This document shows positions 1 through 6,490 of a stretch of 32,000 nt of DNA, one piece after another; the first letter of the stretch is position 1; each line of letters starts with the position of its first letter. Source of the DNA: Burkholderiales bacterium GJ-E10 (lineage in GTDB: Bacteria; Pseudomonadota; Gammaproteobacteria; Burkholderiales; Burkholderiaceae_F). Under the pieces are notes generated by a model. The model was not told where the DNA came from and did not search any database. It saw nothing but the letters and a program-made list of their open reading frames with translations. Location of the stretch: positions 355,520 to 387,519 of the forward strand of contig AP014683.1 in the NCBI GenBank assembly GCA_000828975.1. The letters run 5' to 3'. The translations under genes and the position numbers were made by a program.

Positions 1-132
1 GATTCGAGTCTGGAGCCCCTGTTATTGTAAGATTGGTTTACGGGGTGGGCATTGTTAGTATGCTGAGAATGCCGGAATTCACTGATAGAAACTGGCGTTT
101 TTGCTGCATACGGCAATTCGGCTTTATGGCGC

Positions 133-1236
133 ATGGCGGTGCCTTCTTCCATCCGGTTGGTCGACTCGTTTGTCTCGGTCCTCGTCCTGAAGGACATCGT
201 GGTCGGCATGGCGGCTTCCTTGTCGGCACTGGTCGTCTTTCTGGTTGTCCAGAAGTTGGTGCTCGAGCGCCACGCCCGCGCGATCGACGGCGCGATCGAT
301 CGCTACAGGCAGGCGATATCCAGCGACGCTTGGCCAAGCGATGTGACGGTTGATCTGAAGCGGCGAGTTGACCGAAAGGCTCTGGCGATGGCGCTGAACT
401 CCGGAGAAGTGCCGGTGCCGCTGGAGCACTTGCGGCGAGCGCCATGGTATGGCGAGGCAGTCCGGAACCTCAAAGAATCGGCCATGCGGGGGAAGTGGGG
501 CATGCGGGTTTTCGCTCTGGAGCTGCTCGGGAAGCTTGGGGCGGTCGAGCAGCGCCCCATGGTCGATGAGATCGTGCGACACGAATCGCATCCGCAGGTA
601 TATGCGGCCGGTTTGGGTTGCCTGGCCGAATTCGTCGACGACTCCTCCTGGCTGCGATTCCTGTGGGACCGGTTGCAGGATCGTCCGGCGCTATCGGGAA
701 GCTTCAATGAATGGCTGTTTCGGACGGCGATCGGGGCATTGACGGGGCGCCGGGGCGCTGAAGTCGCCGTTGCGGCCGTCCGGGAACTGCTCGTGAACGC
801 CTCTCTGCAGGATCCCTTGACATTGGATCTGATCTCGGCCATCGGCAAGGCGGGATTAGGCCAATTGGTTCCCGAGTTGGTTGCGCGATATGCTCAGGAG
901 CGTGCATCGAAGGCGACCCGCATTGCGTGTGTGCGTGCGGTTGGGCTCGTTCGGCCGGATCACAGCCTGTTGCTGCGCGCGTTGAGGGACCGGGATTGGG
1001 AGGTTTGTGCTGTCGGTGCAAAGTACTTGCGCGGCACGACGCCCGAGGTGATCGGCGCCCTCTCGGCTTGCCTGACGGCTTCGGCGTTTTATGTCCGGTT
1101 CAACGCCGCGGTGACCCTTGCCACGCTGGGCGATTCGGGGCGCGAGGCGCTTGAACGGGCCTTGGTTTGCCCGGACCGATTCGCCCGCGACATCAGTCGG
1201 TACGCATTGCACATGTCGCGCCCCGTCTATGCTTGA
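133..1236 (+). CDS. HEAT-repeat-like protein with N-terminal transmembrane segment (true start may be internal, near 208)
   Basis: 367-aa ORF with hydrophobic N-terminus (MAASLSALVVFLVVQKLV) and repeated alpha-helical units (VRELLVNASLQDPLTLDLISAIGKAG..., ACVRAVGLVRPDHSLLLRALRDRDWEVCAVGAKYL..., VRFNAAVTLATLGD). It overlaps the start of the following glycosyltransferase gene. Confidence 0.6.
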   Translation: MAVPSSIRLVDSFVSVLVLKDIVVGMAASLSALVVFLVVQKLVLERHARAIDGAIDRYRQAISSDAWPSDVTVDLKRRVDRKALAMALNSGEVPVPLEHLRRAPWYGEAVRNLKESAMRGKWGMRVFALELLGKLGAVEQRPMVDEIVRHESHPQVYAAGLGCLAEFVDDSSWLRFLWDRLQDRPALSGSFNEWLFRTAIGALTGRRGAEVAVAAVRELLVNASLQDPLTLDLISAIGKAGLGQLVPELVARYAQERASKATRIACVRAVGLVRPDHSLLLRALRDRDWEVCAVGAKYLRGTTPEVIGALSACLTASAFYVRFNAAVTLATLGDSGREALERALVCPDRFARDISRYALHMSRPVYA

Positions 1237-1760
1237 CGCAATCGCAGTTCTTCTACTGGCATTCCAGGTTGCGGTGTTCATCTATTTTCTTGTGCTCAAC
1301 CTTGGGTACACGATGGTGACGTCGTATGCGTTCCGAGAAGTCGAGGCGGGCGCATCGGCGGTCGGCGACCTGGACACCCTGCGCAGGCGAATGCGGGATG
1401 CAAATGTGCGGCCGATCTCGGTGGTCGTCCCGGCATACAACGAACAGGCGACGATTACATCTACGGTCACGTCGATTCTGAATGCCGAGTATCCGGAGCA
1501 TGAGGTCATCGTCGTCGATGACGGCTCTGTTGACGGAACGCTGATGACCTTGATCGATGCCTACAAGGCGTACCCGGTCGAGCGCTCCGTTCGAAGGGTT
1601 TTTCCGCACAAGACGATTGAGAAGATCTATCTATCCAGCATTCATCCCAATCTCTGGATCCTCGAGAAGGAAAATGGCGGCAAGGCCGATGCGCTCAACG
1701 CAGGTATGGAATATGCGCGCTTTCCGCTCGTTTGCACGATCGACGCCGATTCGATCCTGG
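1229..1760 (+). pseudogene. Family 2 glycosyltransferase, N-terminal part, interrupted by a mobile element
   Basis: ATG at 1229 (MLDAIAVLLLAFQVAVFIYFLVLNLGY). GT2 motifs PISVVVPAYNEQATI, VIVVDDGSVDGT, GGKADALNAGMEYA, CTIDADSIL. The native frame is lost at 1761, and the ORF continues only to 1816 inside the element. Confidence 0.95.
1756..1760. repeat. Left copy of 5-bp target site duplication CCTGG
   Basis: ...TCGATCCTGG|TGTTAGCG; matches 5356-5360. Confidence 0.93.
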
Positions 1761-1785
1761 TGTTAGCGCCCGCGGTATTTCGCGA
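1761..1785 (+). repeat. Left terminal inverted repeat of the element
   Basis: TGTTAGCGCCCGCGGTATTTCGCGA pairs 19/25 with the right end. Confidence 0.85.
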
Positions 1786-1990
1786 GCGATGTTCCGCGAT
1801 AGTTCGCGAGGTTTGAACGCGGGGTGTCCGGATTGGTTGCCCGCGTGGCGGAATGTGGAAGCGGTGGAGCGATGCGGGAGCCGGCGATCGATTGGCGGCG
1901 GCGATGCGGACGGTGGATTTCGGGGGTTGCGCAGGCGGGCGGTAGTGGGCGGCGCTGTTGCGCCGCTGCCGCTGCGGGGTGGTGGCGGAT

Positions 1991-2239
1991 TCAGAACGGA
2001 TCGAGGAGGTAGCCTGGGAAGAGGTTCATCTGCCGGGGATCCGGGTTTTGCTCGTTGATGGGGCAGTTGTCGCGCTGGCGGCGCGCGTGTCTGGAGAGGC
2101 GAGAGGCGAAGTGCGTGGCGACGAAGTCGCCGAGGGCGTAGATGAGGTCCACGAGGCGAGCGGCGTCGGCGTCGTTGATGTCGTCGTCGTCGGAGTCGCA
2201 GAGGAACGAGGGCCAGGGATCGGAGTCGTAGGCGTTCAT
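1991..2239 (-). CDS. Small acidic hypothetical protein of the mobile element (82 aa)
   Basis: ORF whose ATG overlaps the stop of the upstream ATPase gene (ATGA overlap, 2236-2239). Acidic stretch CDSDDDDINDADAARLVDLIYALGDFV. Confidence 0.6.
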   Translation of the reverse strand: MNAYDSDPWPSFLCDSDDDDINDADAARLVDLIYALGDFVATHFASRLSRHARRQRDNCPINEQNPDPRQMNLFPGYLLDPF

Positions 2240-3036
2240 GGCCGGAACTCCTCGAGAGCGGTTTGGACGTGCTCGGTGCTGACCTGCTGGGATTTAGCCA
2301 GGGCGGCGGCGGACAGGGCGTAGTGGGCGGCGCGGTTGACGCGGCGCGGCAGTCCCTGGGAGGCTTGGTAGAGGGCCTCGGTGGCGGCGGGGTCGAACAG
2401 CGGCAGTGTGCTGCCGGCGAGTTGCAGGCGGTGGGTCAGGTAGGCGGGGAGCTCTTCACGGGAGAAGCCGTTGAGGTGGTAGCGCACGACGATGCGCTGC
2501 TCGAGCGATTCGTGCACCGCCATCGAGAGGCGGCGACGCAGCTCGGTCAGACCGACGAACAGCAGCGTCAAGCGGCGCTCGGAATCCATCGCGTAGTTGG
2601 TCAGCAGGCGCAGGTCTTCGAGCACGTCGTTGCGCAGGTGCTGCGCCTCGTCGATCACCAGGACGGGGTGCTGGCGCGCTTCGGAGGTCATGCGCAGGAC
2701 CTCGGCCTGGATCGCGCGGTAGGCGCAGGCACGGTTGCGCTCGATGGGCAGGCCGAGCTGCCAGGCGATCGACTTGTACATGTCGAGCACGTTGCCGGTC
2801 GAGAGCGTGACGTAGAACAGGCGATAGAGCCCTGGGTGCAGGGCCGAGGCGAGGTGCCGGCAGGCGGTGGTCTTGCCGCTGCCGACTTCGCCGGTGATCA
2901 GGCCGATGCCGCGCAGCTCGACGAGGTGCTGCAGCCGTGCCTGGGCCTCGCGCAGCGCCACGGCGCCGAAGAGCTCGTCGGGGGCGAGCGCGCGCTCGAA
3001 GGGATAGTGGGTGAAGCCGAAGTGGGCCAGATACAT
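2236..3036 (-). CDS. ExeA/TniB/TnsC-like AAA+ ATPase (transposition ATPase)
   Basis: MYLAHFGFTHYPFERALAPDELF start typical of ExeA-like ATPases; Walker A GEVGSGKTT; Walker B VLVIDEAQHL; QGLPRRVNRAAHYAL. Start overlaps the stop of the transposase gene (TGATG). Confidence 0.92.
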   Translation of the reverse strand: MYLAHFGFTHYPFERALAPDELFGAVALREAQARLQHLVELRGIGLITGEVGSGKTTACRHLASALHPGLYRLFYVTLSTGNVLDMYKSIAWQLGLPIERNRACAYRAIQAEVLRMTSEARQHPVLVIDEAQHLRNDVLEDLRLLTNYAMDSERRLTLLFVGLTELRRRLSMAVHESLEQRIVVRYHLNGFSREELPAYLTHRLQLAGSTLPLFDPAATEALYQASQGLPRRVNRAAHYALSAAALAKSQQVSTEHVQTALEEFRP

Positions 3037-4382
3037 CAGCGCGACTCCTCATCGGGTTTATCGGTCAGCAGCCTGCGCAGCGCCAGGCCGGGGGTGGGCT
3101 GCGATCCGGGCTGGGCCTGGGCCTCCAGAGTGCGGGAAGGCCGATTGCGGCGCACGAAGCAGTTGGCGTAGGCATCGACCGGCTTGGCGCGGTGGATGAA
3201 GACGCTGTTGTGCCAGACCTCGATGCCGCGGCCGGCGGGGGCGGCCGGGTCGAAGCGCAGGGTGACGGTCTCGTTGACGAGCGAGGCATCGACCTCGAAG
3301 ACGGTGCCGTTGAGGCTGACCGTGCGATCGCGGTGCACGCGCCGCTTGGCCTCGAAGAGGAACAGGTCATCGAGATCGAGGCGCGGGTCGGGTGCGCGCA
3401 GGTGCTCGGCGCACTGGGCCCAGCGCTCGAGCGGAGTCTGTCCATCGAGTCCGCGGTGCGGGGTGCGGTGATACTCGCCCTCGACCCAGGCCCACAGACG
3501 GCGGTTGAGCGCATCGAGACTGGCGGTGTCCTCGGCGCTGAGGCGCGAGAGCAGTTGGGAGCGTACGGTACGGAACCAGCGTTCCTGCTTGCCCTTGCCC
3601 GCAGGCTGGTAAGGGCGGGCGTGGATCAGCGCAACGCCCAGCTTGGCGCAGACGAGCGCGAGGTGCTGCGAGCGGTAGTTGGCGCCGTTATCGACGAACA
3701 GGCGCTGGGGGATCGAGCGGCGCATCAGGGCCTGCTTGAACACGGGCAGGAACGCGGCCGTGTTCTCCGACAGGGCGAAGGCGCAGTACGGCACGACGCG
3801 GGTGGCATCGTCGATGAACGCGATCAGGTAGGTCTTGCGGCGGCTTGCGCCGACGCTCACCGTCGGGCCGTGCATGACGTCGCTCATCCACAGCTGACCG
3901 GGCTGCGCGTATGCGAAGCGCCGGCGATCCTGGTCGGTGGGTTGCTCGGCGCCCTTGTGCATCAGGCCGGCACGGCTGAGCAGGCGGTGCACGGTGGTCC
4001 TGGGCACGTCCTGCTCGGGTCCGATCGCGCCTTGCTTGCGCAGGGTGTCGATGAGCAGCGGGATCGACAGCCCGGGCTGCTCGTCCTTGAGGCTGAGCAG
4101 CGCGTCGGCCACGGCCTGGGGCAGCGCACGGGATTGGCCGCGGTCGGATCGCGGCTTGGGCACCAGCGCGTCGAAGCCGCCGCGCCGGTACGACTGCAAC
4201 CAGTCGCGCAAGGTCTCGGTCGCCACCCGGGTGCGCGTGGTTCCCGGGATGACGTAGGACTGTTCGGCCTTGCGGGCGAGCAGCGCGTACAGGCCCGGCA
4301 TGGCGGGCGGACGGTGGATGAGGTCGGCGATCAGGCCGTAGCGAAACAGCGCCACGGCCCGGCCGGGATCGGGCTCGGACAT
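3036..4382 (-). CDS. DDE (rve-fold) transposase/integrase with C-terminal Mu-type beta-barrel
   Basis: N-terminal HTH-like region (TETLRDWLQSYRRGGFDALVPKPRSDRG). DDE catalytic candidates in LWMSDVMHGP, LFVDNGANY, GKGKQERWF. C-terminal KRRVHRDRTVSLNGTVFEVDASLV. RBS-like AAGGAG upstream of the ATG (minus strand). Confidence 0.93.
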   Translation of the reverse strand: MSEPDPGRAVALFRYGLIADLIHRPPAMPGLYALLARKAEQSYVIPGTTRTRVATETLRDWLQSYRRGGFDALVPKPRSDRGQSRALPQAVADALLSLKDEQPGLSIPLLIDTLRKQGAIGPEQDVPRTTVHRLLSRAGLMHKGAEQPTDQDRRRFAYAQPGQLWMSDVMHGPTVSVGASRRKTYLIAFIDDATRVVPYCAFALSENTAAFLPVFKQALMRRSIPQRLFVDNGANYRSQHLALVCAKLGVALIHARPYQPAGKGKQERWFRTVRSQLLSRLSAEDTASLDALNRRLWAWVEGEYHRTPHRGLDGQTPLERWAQCAEHLRAPDPRLDLDDLFLFEAKRRVHRDRTVSLNGTVFEVDASLVNETVTLRFDPAAPAGRGIEVWHNSVFIHRAKPVDAYANCFVRRNRPSRTLEAQAQPGSQPTPGLALRRLLTDKPDEESR

Positions 4383-4418
4383 CGGATCGGCTCCTTGAGC
4401 AAGATGGGAGCCGCGACA

Positions 4419-5126
4419 CTACGGCGCCTGAGCCGGCGGATCAGCCCCCATGTGTTGTTGGTCGAGCCGTTTGCGTCCACCGGCACGAGCAGCCGGTGGC
4501 GCAAACCCGACGAACCGGGGCAACTCGTGCAGGTACTCGGCGGCAAGGGCGCGGCCGTGCACCAGCACGCAGGCGCACCCCAAATGCGCCCGCAACGGCT
4601 CGACTCGCGGCAGACAGCCCCGCAGCCGCTCGGGCCACAGCGTGATCCAGCATTGGAATGCCATGCGCGCCGGCCGCAGCCGTCGCCTCAGCCAGCGCAG
4701 CGCGCTGGGTAGGCTGATGTCGTCGGGCCGCAGCAGCGCCGCGGCCTGCGCAAGGCTTGGGGATCGCTCGACGGCGGCCACGACCCGCTCGATGTCGGCC
4801 AGCGCGCCCGGAAACCTCGCCGCCAGGCAATCGGGCAGCAAGGCGAACGTGCAGTGTCCCTGCGGGCAGTACCAGCGGGCGATCCGTGTCCCGACAGGGG
4901 TGACGCGTGCATAGGTGCCGTTTCGGTGCAGTCCGCAGCCGCCCTTCGGGTGCAGCGGACACCTCTCGAGACTTGCCTGCCGCCACCCCTGTCGGGTAAC
5001 GTACTCCTCGCTGGTCAGCCCCGACGCGAATCGAAGCAGCACCAGCACCGGCCCGGCGGGGCCGTGTACCCCGCCGGGCCACCCCATTCCATGTGATCGC
5101 GCAAGCCTACCGCCGATCGCCGTCAC
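4419..5126 (-). CDS. Cys-rich zinc-ribbon-like protein of the mobile element (DUF6431-like, recalled from memory)
   Basis: 235-aa ORF, first gene of the minus-strand operon, GTG start or a nearby alternative. Contains CPLHPKGGCGLHRNGTYARVTPVGTRIARWYCPQGHCTFALLPDCLAARF, a ribbon-like N-terminus resembling those of transposase-associated proteins. Confidence 0.7.
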   Translation of the reverse strand: MTAIGGRLARSHGMGWPGGVHGPAGPVLVLLRFASGLTSEEYVTRQGWRQASLERCPLHPKGGCGLHRNGTYARVTPVGTRIARWYCPQGHCTFALLPDCLAARFPGALADIERVVAAVERSPSLAQAAALLRPDDISLPSALRWLRRRLRPARMAFQCWITLWPERLRGCLPRVEPLRAHLGCACVLVHGRALAAEYLHELPRFVGFAPPAARAGGRKRLDQQHMGADPPAQAP

Positions 5127-5140
5127 GGTCCAAAACGTCC

Positions 5141-5156
5141 GTTGCCAAATGGCAAC
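5141..5156. promoter_or_regulatory. Operator-like palindrome GTTGCCA-AA-TGGCAAC just upstream of the element operon
   Basis: Perfect 7-bp arms with 2-bp centre, 14 bp upstream of the ORF start at 5126. Confidence 0.4.
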
Positions 5157-5187
5157 CGCGGCACAGCGATCAACATCAATCAGGAGA

Positions 5188-5212
5188 AGCGGGGGGCCTG
5201 CCGCCCCCCGCT
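5188..5212. terminator. Very stable GC hairpin AGCGGGGGGC-CTGCC-GCCCCCCGCT inside the element, possibly insulating
   Basis: Perfect 10-bp stem with 5-nt loop between the right end and the operon start. There is no U-tract, so the terminator role is uncertain. Confidence 0.35.
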
Positions 5213-5330
5213 CCCCCCGCCGCTCGAGAAATACCCTTCAGAAACCCCTCACCCCCGCCAGCGACCCGCTCTCAACCACCGCAGTCCACCGCTCACCGGG
5301 GACGCAATCCGGCATCCAGAGAATCGCGGA

Positions 5331-5355
5331 TTGCGAATTAACGCGGGAGACAACA
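5331..5355 (-). repeat. Right terminal inverted repeat of the element
   Basis: Reverse complement TGTTGTCTCCCGCGTTAATTCGCAA pairs 19/25 with the left end. Confidence 0.85.
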
Positions 5356-5360
5356 CCTGG
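5356..5360. repeat. Right copy of 5-bp target site duplication CCTGG
   Basis: ...GAGACAACA|CCTGGAACAGG; matches 1756-1760. Confidence 0.93.
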
Positions 5361-6235
5361 AACAGGATTCTCTTTTGCGGTTGGGGCAGAAATTTCTCCT
5401 CAACAAGCGCCTCGTTGCGGTTGGAGGGGCGGTCCGGGTTCTGAATGGCTGCCGCGTCGAAGATGCCAGGGTGCAGGAAGTTCGGGCTCCGAAGCGCCTG
5501 ATCGAGTGTGTGCAGGCAGCCGAATATATGCGGAGTTTTTTTGTGGGGCGGCTGGGTTGGCATCGGGTGGACAGCCTGTTGATCATTTCCGGTGCGTTCG
5601 GCGTCTTTCGCAAGGATTTGATGGCAGCTGTCGGGGGCTATCGAAAGACGGTCGGGGAGGACATGGACGTCGTCATCCGTTTGCATCGGCACTGCGTGGA
5701 TCATGGGATTGCCTATGACGTCGGATTCGTTCCGGAGCCCGTATGCTGGACCCAGGTGCCGTCGGATATCCGCTCCTTGCTTCAGCAGCGAAACCGCTGG
5801 CAGCGGGGGCTGGTGGATTGTCTTTGGCATAACCGGGACATGTTCTTGAATCCGCGTTATGGCAAGGTCGGCCTGATCGGTTTTCCCTATTTTTTCTTTT
5901 TTGAACTGTTGGGCCCGTTGGTTGAGTTTCTGGGGTACATCGGCTTTGCTCTTTTTGCGCTTTTGGGCTGGGTCAGCGTACCGTTTGCGACCTTGTTTTT
6001 TCTGGTTGCGGTTTTGTGGGGGATGTGGCTGAATGCCGCCGGGGTTCTGATCGACAATCTTGTCGTTCATCGATATACGCGGTTGCGCGATACGCTCAAG
6101 GTGGCGTTTTGGGGGTCGCTTGAGTTCGTCGGATTTCGGCAATTGGTGGCGATCGAACGAATGATTGGAACGTTCCAGCTGTCGAGAGATAGATGGGGCG
6201 AGATTCGGCGTCACCGAGTGGAGGCCGGTCGGTGA
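5361..6235 (+). pseudogene. Family 2 glycosyltransferase, C-terminal part, downstream of the insertion
   Basis: Continues the frame of 1229-1760. Contains GAFGVFRKDLMAAVGGY, GEDMDVVIRLHRH, and QQRNRWQRGLVD (Q..RW motif), followed by C-terminal transmembrane segments. Confidence 0.93.
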
Positions 6236-6243
6236 CGCGTGCA

Positions 6244-6483
6244 ATGCAACGGGGGGCGAGGTTGATCGGATACGCGTTCCGAGCGGTTTTGCTCGTGATT
6301 TGCCTATCCGCACCGGCCTACCTATTGGTGGCCAATTTTGGGGTGGGTCGGCCGCACAGGGGCCGGGGCTCCGAGCAATGGAATGGGAGGGGGGCGTCCG
6401 GGAGCGAGCGTCCCCCCGCAGACTCGGAACAAAAAGGCGGGCCGGCGCAAGGGCGGCCCGATACCTCGGGGCGAAGCCCCTGA
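6244..6483 (+). CDS. Possible small membrane protein
   Basis: MQRGARLIGYAFRAVLLVICLSAPAYLLVANFGVG has one TM segment. The low-complexity tail overlaps hairpins, so the real extent is doubtful. Confidence 0.3.
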   Translation: MQRGARLIGYAFRAVLLVICLSAPAYLLVANFGVGRPHRGRGSEQWNGRGASGSERPPADSEQKGGPAQGRPDTSGRSP

Positions 6484-6490
6484 TTTGAGA

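Larger units (their letters stand above)
1761..5355. mobile_element. Complete insertion element (3,595 bp) encoding a DDE transposase, ExeA/TnsC-like AAA+ ATPase, Cys-rich zinc-ribbon-like protein and an 82-aa ORF
   Basis: Direct repeat CCTGG at 1756-1760 and 5356-5360. Imperfect inverted ends: left TGTTAGCGCCCGCGGTATTTCGCGA (1761-1785), right reverse complement TGTTGTCTCCCGCGTTAATTCGCAA (5331-5355), 19/25 identical. Deleting the element and one CCTGG restores the GT2 frame as DADSILEQDSLLRLGQKFLLNKRLVAVGGAVRV. Confidence 0.95.

Noticed and set aside
2263-3171. 302-aa plus-strand ORF
   Set aside because: Antisense shadow of the ExeA-like ATPase gene.
3192-4712. 506-aa plus-strand ORF
   Set aside because: Antisense to the clearly recognisable DDE transposase. 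It is a high-GC codon-bias shadow ORF with no motifs of its own.
1761-5355. CRISPR-associated transposon (CAST) or Tn7 element with a guide system
   Set aside because: No cas genes, repeat-spacer array or TniQ-like sequence was recognised. The element is only 3.6 kb and landed in a coding gene rather than at a Tn7 attachment-type site.
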